DNA from: Ruditapes philippinarum | Lineage: Eukaryota | Direction of reading: 5' to 3' | Assembly: GCF_026571515.1 (NCBI RefSeq) | Contig: NW_026859959.1 | Location: 248,001 to 312,000, forward strand | Length of the DNA: 64,000 bases | Part shown: positions 12,333 to 23,237 of the stretch, piece by piece | Position numbering within the stretch: position 1 is the stretch's first letter | Layout: every line of letters starts with the position of its first letter | Position numbers and translations under genes: made by a program | The notes under the pieces: model-generated | What the model saw: the letters and a program-made list of their open reading frames with translations, nothing else | What the model was told of the DNA's origin: nothing | Databases searched by the model: none

Positions 12333-15300
12333 GTGATAAAAATTCATTTTAATGATACCTGCAATGGATTATCTTTGTTATTACCTGTGAAATTTGGTGA
12401 TATCAGTGCAAATTTAGTAGTAGATACTGGAGCAGTTGTTACTATTGTTTCTTCTAATATCTATCATAGTGTGCCTTCTGATATTCGTCCATCATTGGAG
12501 AAAATTGATCCAAATTTTAAGCTTGAAGTTGCAAATGAAGGGTATCTCCCTATTTTAGGTAAAACTGTGATGAGTTTTAAAATTCATAAGGATATATTTA
12601 AGTTCAATGTGTTTATTGCACCAATTCAAGAAGATGGTCTTTTAGGTCTTGATTTTCTACAAGAAAATAATTTTGTGTTAAGCGCAGAAAATGGTTTGCG
12701 TCTAAATGGAAAGAAGTATCCTACGTTGATGGAATCTTCAGTTTTCAAAGTGATGCGTGTCAAAAGTTCAAAATCAGTCATTGTACCAGCAAACAGTGAG
12801 GTGATAATAGAAGGTAGTTGTTCTGGTGGCAAAATTGATACTGAGTTTGGAATTGTTACGCCATTAAAAAAAGGTGATGATAGTGAAAATAGCTTAATTG
12901 TTGGCCATACGCTGGTCAACCCTCATTCTAAAAATGGTTGTGTTCCAATTCGTTTAATGAATATTAGCAATGAAAATGTAAAAATTGAAGCTAATACTAC
13001 TCTTGGATATATTGAGAATGCTGAAAAAGTTAGTTTTTGTGAGAAAAATGAGTGTTTTGTTAATGAAAAGTGTGACTCAAAGCTTCCATCTCATTTAAAT
13101 GAGCTTTATGAAAATTCAGTGAAAAATCTTAATTATGATCAAAGAGTGAAACTTAAGAATCTTTTGATTAAGCATTCAAATGTGTTTGCAAAGTCACCAG
13201 ATGATTTTGGTCGTACATCTGTAATAAAGCACAAAATCAATACTGGGGCAGCAAAGCCTATTAAGCAACGCCCTAGGCGCCCACCAAAAGCTTTCGCAAA
13301 TGAAGAAGAGAAAATAATTAAAGATCAGTTAGCGGCCAATGTTATTCAGGAAAGTAATTCTCCTTGGGCGTCACCATTAGTATATGTCAGGAAACGTGAT
13401 GGAACAACACGACCTTGTGTGGATTATCGTCAGCTTAACAACGTAACAGAAAAAGATGCATACCCCTTACCTAATATTAGTGATTGTTTGGAAAGTTTAG
13501 GGGGATCATCATATTTTTCGTGCTTGGATATTTTGTCAGCCTATTATCAGATTGAAGTTGATGAGGCTGATCAACCAAAGACAGCCTTCACTACAAAATT
13601 CGGTTTATTTGAATATTTGGTAATGCCGTTCGGATTATGTAATGCACCGTCAACCTTCCAAAGATGTATGGAATTAGTAATGAGAGGTCTTCAGTGGGAA
13701 ATTTTGCTGATATACCTTGATGATTTGATTATTTTTGGCCGCACATTTGAAGAACATTTAGATAGGCTTGATACAGTTTTAACGCTTTTGTGTGAGTGTG
13801 GAATGAAACTGAAGCTAAGCAAATGTTTTCTGTTAAAAACTGAAGTGTCATTTTTAGGACATGTAGTTAGTAAGGAGGGAATAAGCCCTCAAAAATCTAA
13901 AGTTAGTTGTATTGCAAATTGGGAAAGGCCGTACGATTTAACAACTCTGCGATCCTTTCTTGGTTTTTGTTCATACTACAGGATATATATTCGTGATTTT
14001 TCCACAAGAGCTAGGCCATTAAATAGGTTGTTGGAGGCCGGACAACCATTCGAATGGTCTGATGAATGTCAGAAAAGTTTCGACGATTTACGCAGTGCAT
14101 TGACTGGTGATGAAGTCATGGCATACCCTCAAGATGATGGATTATTCATACTTGATTGCGATGCGTCGAATTTCGGTATAGGAGGAGTTTTGTCACAAAT
14201 GCAGTTTAGTGAAAAACTTGGACAGTGTATCGAGAAGCCAATAGCATATGCGAGCAAAAGCTTGAATAAGGCTCAAAGACGCTATTGTGTAACACGTCGG
14301 GAACTGTTGGCAGTTGTTACATTTGTTACTATGTTTAAACAGTATTTGTTAGGACGTTTGTTCTTAGTGAGAAGTGATCATTCTTCATTAAGATGGATTA
14401 TGTCCTTCAAAGAACCAGAAAATCAGATGGCTAGATGGCTTGAAGTGCTATCACAATATGACTTTAAGCTAGAGCATCGCAAGGGAACTAAGCATGCAAA
14501 TGCTGACTTTTTGTCGAGGATTCCGTGTGACCCTTGTTCGTGTACTTGTTATAGTGGTCACTCTATTCTAAGTGAGCTTCCGTGTGGAGGTTGTAAAGAA
14601 TGTGTGAAAAAGCATGAACAGTGGTCGGAACTTGCAGATTTTGATGATGTGGTTCCACTGGTGTCTAAGAAAGTCAAGCGAGTCAGAGGAAAAGGTGTTC
14701 CTGCCGACTTAGTTATGGACTGTTCTGCATCAGTGCTGAATTTTCTGTTTGTTTTTGCGTTGTATCTGGGAGCGTTTCTCAGGCAAATTGAACAGAAATT
14801 TCGTGGTTGTGAGAAATTTGTTTCTGTGAGAAGACTAAGGGCAACGGAGGAGAAACGTGCGCCTAAGTCTGGTGCTGCGGATAACATTGATTTAAGTGAT
14901 GCCACCAAAGAGAAGGATATGGCACAGACATCACATGCAGGAGGTCTGTACCCAAATAGTGACATTTCTTCTGAAAAAGTGTATAAGTTCTCAAATTGGG
15001 TAGGTTCGTATACCACAAGTGAACTTATAAAAATGCAGAAAGAAGACAGTGATATAGGCAAAATCTTATTTTGGCTGTCTAGTTCTGATATTAGACCGCC
15101 ACGTGACAAAGTTGCTGCTGAAAGCCCAGCGACAAGAAGTTTATGGTTGCAGTGGTCTCAGTTGTATCTTAAAGATGGAATTTTGTTTAGGAAGTTTATT
15201 CAAACAGATAATGTTACCAGTTATGATCAACTTGTGTTACCATCACTTTTACGTAATCAAGTTATTAAAGCTTCACATAATGCTATTCTATCTGGACATT

Positions 15301-15335
15301 TAGGGGTCAAGAAAACACTGGCAAAATTAAAATGA
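12333..15335 (+). CDS. pol: Pol polyprotein: protease, RT, RNase H, truncated integrase N-terminus
   Basis: VDTGA; SPWASP, CVDYRQLN, MPFGLCNAPSTFQ, YLDD; LDCDAS, RRELLA, SDH, NADFLSR; H-x6-H (HNAILSGHLG) followed by a stop. Confidence 0.95.
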   Translation: MIKIHFNDTCNGLSLLLPVKFGDISANLVVDTGAVVTIVSSNIYHSVPSDIRPSLEKIDPNFKLEVANEGYLPILGKTVMSFKIHKDIFKFNVFIAPIQEDGLLGLDFLQENNFVLSAENGLRLNGKKYPTLMESSVFKVMRVKSSKSVIVPANSEVIIEGSCSGGKIDTEFGIVTPLKKGDDSENSLIVGHTLVNPHSKNGCVPIRLMNISNENVKIEANTTLGYIENAEKVSFCEKNECFVNEKCDSKLPSHLNELYENSVKNLNYDQRVKLKNLLIKHSNVFAKSPDDFGRTSVIKHKINTGAAKPIKQRPRRPPKAFANEEEKIIKDQLAANVIQESNSPWASPLVYVRKRDGTTRPCVDYRQLNNVTEKDAYPLPNISDCLESLGGSSYFSCLDILSAYYQIEVDEADQPKTAFTTKFGLFEYLVMPFGLCNAPSTFQRCMELVMRGLQWEILLIYLDDLIIFGRTFEEHLDRLDTVLTLLCECGMKLKLSKCFLLKTEVSFLGHVVSKEGISPQKSKVSCIANWERPYDLTTLRSFLGFCSYYRIYIRDFSTRARPLNRLLEAGQPFEWSDECQKSFDDLRSALTGDEVMAYPQDDGLFILDCDASNFGIGGVLSQMQFSEKLGQCIEKPIAYASKSLNKAQRRYCVTRRELLAVVTFVTMFKQYLLGRLFLVRSDHSSLRWIMSFKEPENQMARWLEVLSQYDFKLEHRKGTKHANADFLSRIPCDPCSCTCYSGHSILSELPCGGCKECVKKHEQWSELADFDDVVPLVSKKVKRVRGKGVPADLVMDCSASVLNFLFVFALYLGAFLRQIEQKFRGCEKFVSVRRLRATEEKRAPKSGAADNIDLSDATKEKDMAQTSHAGGLYPNSDISSEKVYKFSNWVGSYTTSELIKMQKEDSDIGKILFWLSSSDIRPPRDKVAAESPATRSLWLQWSQLYLKDGILFRKFIQTDNVTSYDQLVLPSLLRNQVIKASHNAILSGHLGVKKTLAKLK

Positions 15336-15849
15336 ACTTTTACTGGTATAAAATGTCATCTTCTGTGAAACTATGAATTAAACTATAGTGCAGCTAGCAT
15401 TCAAGACTATCAAAGAACTTTAACTTCACACATACAAAAAGAAATTAAACATATTCAAACAGAAAAAAAACAAGCAATGAGTGACTTTCTAAAATGTCTT
15501 ACTGAACTTAACAAAAGTGTGTTGGAGATTGTGAATTAAATTGAAGAGACAGGGAAAAATTGTTATGGGATTTTATCAATTGAACAGTAGAATACTTATG
15601 TTTTATATTTCATAAAAATCCGTAATGCCTATTTGTTAATTTGTTTAGTTTTGCTTATGTTTAATCTGCATAATATCATATAACACTTAGTAGTTTTTCA
15701 CATGTATTGTTTAGTACCAATATTATTCTTTTATTATTATTTGATTTTTATTTCAATTTCACTTAACAAGAGTTTTCAAGGTTTGCTTCAAATTTAAAAA
15801 CTTAACATGTGTAAATTAATTGGTTTTGCTTCCGGAGTAAGCAAAGTCC

Positions 15850-15862
15850 AAAGGTGGGAGAG
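15850..15862 (+). promoter_or_regulatory. Polypurine tract
   Basis: AAAGGTGGGAGAG immediately before the 3' LTR. Confidence 0.85.
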
Positions 15863-17102
15863 TGTTATGAAATTTGAAACTAATCTTTTACTAGAAGAGT
15901 ATTCTTTTAGGATGGTAAATCTGGACAATATTTCTAAGCTGGTTAAAATGTTTATGTTAACTTTTACTCATTTTTGTTGTAAAACAATTGAGTCATTAAC
16001 AGTCCAGAATATTGGCACAGCTCAGTTATTTTTAGATTATGATCATACCTCATTCCAAATTTGGAAAGGTCGCGCAGACAAAGGTCGCGCGACACTTAAG
16101 GTCGCGCAATAGGAAAGGTCGCGCAGAATCAGCTTTCCCAGGCATGCTAGTTCCAAATATGGAGAGGTCGCGCAATAAGAGGTCGCGCAGTCTAAAAGTA
16201 CAAGGTTTAAGTTATTTTTAGCCCTTCAGCATCTCAATTGTTGTTAACAAAGCATAATTTGGTCATATCAGATTTTATGAATGGGATTCCTTACTCACAG
16301 CTTTATCTATGTACAGGTTACTTGGTTCAAATGTTGAGCTGTATGTTGTAAAGCTGGAGAGATTATATTTCTGTTGTTTAATGAATTATCAGTCAGTATT
16401 ATAAGTTTATAGAAATGTCAATCAGTAGTAAGTGTATTGGTCTTATAAGCCATATATAGTACATATATCTTTATTACTGCAAGTATATTTTGCACTATTA
16501 AGATGCATTATTGGACAGATAATTATTATCCTATTGAGTGTTCAAACATGTAAATTTATATAACTATTATGTATTTTTGTACTAATGTTTGTATTGTACA
16601 ACAGTCTGTATACCTGAACCAGTTGCAGGCCATTTTGAACATTGTTAAGGCATTGTCAGCATTTTAAAAGGTCGCGCAACATTCAGGTCGCGCAATGAGT
16701 TGTGTGCAAAACTGGAGAGGTCGCGCAATAAGAGGTCGCGCAACAGTCTACTTTTGCACACCACCCTAGCTGCGCAAACATTAGGGTATATAAGCTGGGA
16801 ACTTTTCTAGCTGAGTTAGTTTTGGAGTTTTTGAGGAGTTTTGGAGTGAGTTGGAGTTGGTTGAGTTGAGTTAGTTAGTAATTGCAGAAATGTATTTGTT
16901 GAAGTTGTTAAGGATTTTACTTTGGTTTTGACTGTTGATAGAGAATAAAATGATGCATTATTTTGATTTACTGCAATAAATATAATCCTGCTTTCACTTG
17001 GACTTGACTTGTTCATTGTACCAGCATAGAGAAATGGTTGACTTTTAAGCGAAAAAAGTGAATAAACAAAGCTTTTCACAAAAGTGAAATGATTTCGTAA
17101 CA
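15863..17102 (+). repeat. 3' LTR (1240 bp)
   Basis: Differs from the 5' LTR by a handful of substitutions and indels plus a short divergent patch near the end. Confidence 0.97.
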
Positions 17103-19174
17103 ATATGTAAACCTCGTTTTTCAAACTTAGAATTGAACAATTTATTATCTGGAAAATTTGATTTATGGAGCGTAACATTATTTAGTATTATTTAGTATTT
17201 GAGCCTGTTCATGGACGGAACTGGAATGTGCAAGTTACCGTCCACGCCCCATAGCACCGGCTGAAGCAGAATTCAACATTTAACACGAAAATGGTGAAAA
17301 TTTCTGTGAAATATATTATGAACATCCGCGTCATAAGTGTTCATAACGATTCCGTTAATCTCATTTTATACCTAGTACTCTGACAATATTTTCGTCTTAA
17401 TTCATAACATAAAGCCTATTAAGTTTGAAGTGCATCGAAAACACTACAGGTATTCCTATAACTCCGAAGTTAACATCAGAAGTGACAATGTACAACTGAA
17501 AATTCTGCAGATTTCTGGCGTTAAATGGCAATGATAGAGCCCTGTCCTACAGTATATAACAAAAATCAACTTTTCGGAAAGAAGACACATAACACGATCT
17601 CAACAGACAGGACAACCATTTCGTTTTCTATCTAACCATAAAAACAACCATATCTTTGGATGTGTAAGGCACGATAATTAGACTTAATATTCCGGGATCG
17701 GTTATTTCTACTCCAAAGCACGCAGAAAAACCAGATCGCCACTAAACTCTGTGCTATCCTTCTAAACAGGTCTGTTGAGATGTAACAGTCGCCAGTATGA
17801 CTCATATTAACCCTGCTAGTGCCCACCGCTGGGAGTATTAACGGTGAAAAATACTATAGCAATTACGTTCGTTTGTAGTCCTCCTGGATAGATAACAGCA
17901 TGACTACACAACCCTTTTTGCAAAAGGTAAATAAAACAAAAAACCTGAACCAAGAAGTGCAGAGTGTGAGACAAAATGCACCTAGTGACTGTTTTAAGGT
18001 ATCGCCACTTATCTCTTTATTTTAATCCCCTGTGGTTTTTTTCAGGTGTTACGTTTTCGACATCTATGCCCGGGCAAAAACGCACCCAGACCGTGTTATA
18101 GGTGCGGTTAATTGAGAGGCGAGACGAGTATATCCAGCAGAGCCCAGGATTTTCAGGCGGTAATCCACTAAGTGAAGACCATCGATATACATATCTAACA
18201 TCATAAGATATTTGTGTCTTAAATGTGACGTTTAATTGTAGTTTTGCCTGCATAATACTCATTATGATACTGTTTATACTTTAACTATAGTTAAGATTGT
18301 TGTAACAAAGTAAATTTCTACCATTCGATCTCATTCACAGGTACGAGTATAGTTTTATCTTCGACTGTACGCAGAGATTTGAAAATATTAGTAAAGCATT
18401 TAGTTTGACAACACCGTCATGATTGTGTTTCTACATTGTGACCCCTTCTTTGATACGACCATAAATAACCATTTAGCGGTTTAATACATTATTATGTTTT
18501 AAAATATGCATTTGGACTTATTATGTAAAGAAATAAATATATCAAAGTTTCTTACTCTTTTATCTTTGAGAAATATATTTGTTACTCTAGGTACATAACC
18601 TTGGTTTTTCATTATAAGATCGATCTTCACTTTGTTCTCGCCCTGTTGTCGTTTTATGAAATACCATGTGAACTGTCGGCGAATTAAAAAGATGACTAAC
18701 AATTCAGTATCAAATGTTACTTTAATCGCCATACGGAGTAAAACGATACATATTTAGTTACATCTTTCAGTGATAATTTATACTATAAAAATGGAAGTAA
18801 TCCGAATATATCAAAAAAAATTGTACCAAGTCTGACTGATAGACATATCATTTGAGTATCATTTGATATACTAGTCTGAAATAAAATTAAATGTACTTGA
18901 CTGAAAAAATCTTAAGTTATACTAGTAATTCATACTAGCTAAAATGTTCGAATAATGTGGTATGTAATTTACACAAAGATGGAGAAAAAAGAGACTGTTC
19001 CAAACTGTTCACAATATATGACTTATTAAGAAGTCTTGGGCTGGATCCTTAGTCAGATTGTCATTCTTTTAACAATATTGATGGGAAGAGTTTACGGTCC
19101 GAGAGTATATTCCCACAAAGCAAGTCTACAAATCAACAATTGTGGTCCATAATTCACGAAAAGAAATCTCTCTT

Positions 19175-19375
19175 CAATGATTCCTCTGTATCTTGTACTT
19201 TGTCTTGAGCTTTATTTATGTTGACATCGTTTCTCGAACTATGCTATCCATTTTCTCCTCAAGAACTGTCAGTCGTATAGATATGTAATTATTTTCTTTT
19301 AAAGACCAAACGTAAGTACGATTATAGACAATAAATGCACTTGCGAGTTTAAATCTGTCATCAATTACCATCATT
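19175..19375 (-). pseudogene. C1qDC subfamily C exon-1 fragment
   Basis: Homologous to about 58770-58975; translation LASAFIVYNRTYVWSLKENN..RLTVLEEKMDSIVRET. No C1q exon recognised downstream. Confidence 0.6.
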
Positions 19376-20243
19376 GCTACATATAAAGAAAATGTGTGCA
19401 ATTTATTTTCATTTATATGTTTTATTAGTTATCAAAAGCTAAACTTTGTAGTTAAAAATATAAGATATATGATTTCTATACTGTTTTGGTGAGCAGAAAA
19501 CATATTCATCTCTCATACATGGTCCAAGTCAGATCATATTGTAATATTGGCCATAAATTCTATTCATTTTTATATTTTAGGCAATTTTAAATTATACCCT
19601 GAACATTTTTCAGTGTAAACTATTGGTGAATTACCAAAATAATAGTAAATCTTTTGCAATATAAAGCTTATTTACTTCAACTTGAGAGCAAAATATGACG
19701 ATACTATTAAAATTATCGTTTATGTAACATAATTCTTTTAAGATATATTAACGTAAACTTAAGGTTAACTGTCCGCATATGATAACCTATTAACAGAATT
19801 GGCCATGTCGTAGGCTCAAATTGAAGTATAGACCTCTATTTCTAAATCTATTTAGTTTATAAATAAACATAAACCGTATGAAATTCAATTTTAGGGAAAT
19901 ATCATCCGCAAACTTGAACAAGTCACTTTAAGAAGAAAAAAAAGACAATTTCCTGTCGACATTTGATATAAAGATTCCATATATACAACTGCGTATATAT
20001 TTACAAAGTAGGTATATTGATCAGCTGTGCTGAAACAAGATTTACAAAATACCCTATAATTTAAAGTTGACATGAAATAGATACCTAACTTTAATGTTTT
20101 AATTTTCACGGACGATAGAAAAGTACCCTTACACAAAGTAATACAAGTTAAAACAGCATAATAACATCTTAATATTAATTGATATTTATCAAAATATTTT
20201 TTTATCATTTAGACTTGTATCCCTGGATTTGTTAAAATTTAAA

Positions 20244-21785
20244 ATGGTGTTTTGTATAACAATTTTGCTTGTTTTATGTGTCTGTGACTGCTCCTTTGCA
20301 AATCAAAAGGCGGATTTGGTTGAAACAGTGACACAACTTGAACATTTAGCTAAGACAGTAAAGCAAGAAATGATTAAAGTCAGAAATAAAGTGGAAAACA
20401 ATCTTCAAGATTTGAAAAGTAAAGAATTTGACTGGCTGCAACATTACTTTGGACTAAAGAGAAGAATTCCAAAGGAAAATAAAGTTTTGAAAGAAGCAGA
20501 GAGAAAGGTTGGGGAAATGATTCATAAACTAAAAGATGACAGAACGGATATTAGACTAAAAGTTCATAAATATAAAGTGCTAAACGGAGACATCAGTCAT
20601 GGTAGGTTTTGTTTAATGATTGTACGTAAAATTCTTCATGAATTTATAAAATTAAGAATATGTTCCTTGTGCGACCTACGCACATCATTTTGATTAATGT
20701 CAATAACCAGTGCCAATGTAGTTACCAGGTCTAGTTACAAAATAAAGTTTAAACATATTTATTTTAGCTCATTTCATATAAAAGCTTGAAGCTTATTGGA
20801 AGCACCGTAGATTTCGCTACCTGGAACTAACCTGTAAGGAGGATTTATGAAGAAATGAAGTCCTGATCATAGAAGACCTCGAACCAATGAACCCTGGAAG
20901 AAACTTTTACCACAAAACCATCGTTTACTAGCTTTATTTGGCTGTTAACTATTATCATACTATGAACAGACTAGCTCCGTTGCATTTTCATATATTTTCT
21001 TCTTATATTCTCAAACCACTTGCCCCTCACCGCTGTGGGTTCGAATCCCGACAGGGACTTTGGATTCCTTCATGTAAGGAAGCCATCTAGCTAGCTTACG
21101 GAACGTCGATGGTTCTACTCAGGTGCCCGTTCGTGCCTGAAATAATGCACGGAGGGGCACCAGAGGTCTTCCTCCACCAGTAAAGCTGAAACGTCGCCAA
21201 ATGACCTATACAGTGTCGGTGTGACACCCAAAACAAACAAAACAAAATCTTCTGATATTCAAGTCCATAAATGTATAATGTATAAAATAAATCAAACATC
21301 ATTTTTTAATATTAAAATAAAACCTTTTGATGGTAAATTTCAGATAGTTTCTTAATATTTACTCTGACTTTTTAACATCAGGTTCATCGAAATCCAAAGA
21401 CGTTTCCTTTCGATCTAAAGAGCCTTTAAAGACATATCTAGAAGGTGGTGAGAAATTCATATTTACAAACACGCCTGTGAACAACGGAAATACGTATGAT
21501 AACATCACTGGGGTTTTTATTGCTCCAGTTACCGGAACTTACTATTTCGTATTACAGCTCTGTCTTGGAGGAAATTATGTTGATTTGTCAATTCGCAAAG
21601 GCGAGAATTTATATAGCTGGGCACGTTTCTTCCCATATTATTTGTCGTGTCAGACAGTAGATATGTTGACTCCCTTACAAAAAGGCGATGAAGTGTATGC
21701 TTCCAAGACATCCTCGTGGGATTACGATATAATGCATGTTGGCAATGATCTTTACAACACTTTCTCTGGAGTACTTATTGCTTGA
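20244..21785 (+). CDS. C1qDC subfamily A copy 2 (intact, about 253 aa)
   Basis: Exon 1 20244-20601 (GT at 20602) and exon 2 21382-21785 (AG at 21380-21381); in frame; signal peptide, coiled coil and C1q domain. Confidence 0.9.
21011..21247 (+). mobile_element. 5'-truncated tRNA-derived SINE (V-SINE-like) in the A2 intron
   Basis: B-box GGTTCGAATCCC, GTCG.TGGTT..TTCCTCCACCA body, (CAAA)n tail, 13-bp TSD TCTTCT(T/G)ATATTC (20998-21010 / 21248-21260); absent from A3 and A4 introns. Confidence 0.85.
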
Positions 21786-23237
21786 ACTATTCTAAAGTTC
21801 CAAATTATCATTATGTCATTCCGGGATACAAGGACTTCCCTCACGTTGTACGTTGTATTACACAGCCAATAAACCGGATTATACTAATACAAGCTAATTT
21901 GTATTAATTATACATGCATACAAATTTAAATGATATCGTAGTATGTATTTCAATTTTAAAGTTAGAGTGTTCGTGCCGTTTGATATAATAAAGTAAATTT
22001 GACTTTGTTATCAAAAGTATATTTGATTAAACAATAAAAACAGTTGAACCAGAATATGACTGACATTTTTAATTCAACTGGGATACCTATATTGTCATCT
22101 AGGATGCTTTTGAAACATTGATAATGGTGAACACTTCAAAGCTATTAACAGTTTTAATCAGACAAATCATATACGTATGTATTTAAAAAAATGTTATACA
22201 TGCTAGAAAGATATTTCATGTTTGTGTTTCATAAAAGGTTTTTTTTTATTTAATTATTGAAAAGGGTAAGGGTAAGCAATATCATTCAGTCATTAATTCG
22301 TTCATGCCTCACTTGTTTCAAGCACAACAATATCCATTTTCAGTTGTTGTTGTAATTTTATGGGTTACCGGTGACGACCAAAACTGTGACACAATTAATT
22401 TCTTTTCTTACTTTCTTTTATTATTTGAAAATGTTTTAATAAATGAGTTACGAAGATAAAATTATTAACGAAAGTCTTACAGATTTTATGTTTAATAGTT
22501 ATTAACTATATTTGAAAAGAAAAATTGAATGTTATTCAGTATTTTTCACGTTTTATTTGTTGTGATATTGAGAGACATGTGTACTATACAATGTAGTTAT
22601 CTTCCGCAGTATATTTTACTCCATTCAACGAGTTCAATAAATTTATGAATAAACATACACGAGCATAATATTCTATTTATCACATATTCAATAGACTATT
22701 TAAAGTGAAAAAGAATATTTTTTCTTTGACACGTCTATTATGATACGCTAACATTTAGTGGATCTTTACGTTAGTGGGTCTCTACGTTAGTGGATCTCTT
22801 ATAATTGTATAAATATATGCACGGTCGTACAATACCATTTTTATGGAGTCGCACAAGCGGCACGGGTATGTGATAAATGTTTTTAAGTTTGGTATAGTAT
22901 CTCTTAATGTAACAATTTATAAACTGTCATTGAAAAAAAATATAAAAGATAACTATGTGATACCGTACCATGGTTCATATGACTTTTATTTCTTTTTATT
23001 TGTCATAGATATTTTAGCAAACAGGTGTTCTGTCATATTCGGTTTCAATCGATGAGAGTCTACCATGAAATCAAGCTTACTTTTTAAAAACATAATATGC
23101 TTAAAGTATTACATTTTATATACTGTGTAGTGAAAATAATCTTAAGTATATTTTCATTTTCTGTACTCTATATCTGATATTTATTTTTATATATTGTCGC
23201 CATATTTACATCTATTTTTAAGCAATATCTATTGAGA

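Larger units (their letters stand above)
9519..17102 (+). mobile_element. Ty3/Gypsy LTR retrotransposon, internally deleted (no integrase core)
   Basis: Paired LTRs TG..CA, 4-bp TSD ATAT (9515-9518 / 17103-17106), PBS, PPT, gag with CCHC knuckle, pol order PR-RT-RH-IN. Confidence 0.97.
6343..18181. mobile_element. Outer unclassified dispersed repeat (possibly Helitron-like), split by a LINE
   Basis: 6378-6416 joined to 17199-17290 aligns with the contiguous copy at about 54305-54435. B-gene homology stops at about 6342 and resumes at 18182. Confidence 0.6.

Noticed and set aside
14558-15109. 183-aa antisense ORF in pol
   Set aside because: Shadow ORF opposite a coding frame, as are 12626-12919, 31955-32176, 43179-43391 and 52443-52658.
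6411-17202. TTTGA as the LINE target-site duplication
   Set aside because: The uninterrupted copy (ttgatgagc at 54341) already contains both TGA motifs, so a true TSD cannot be established.
18182-19100. C1q exon for the C fragment
   Set aside because: No C1q motifs recognised on the minus strand; the region is duplicated B 3' flank (matches 24504-25418).
21030-21060. tRNA gene (GGTTCGAATCCC)
   Set aside because: No A-box or cloverleaf; it continues into a SINE body with tail and TSD. The element at 41350-41543 is also a SINE.
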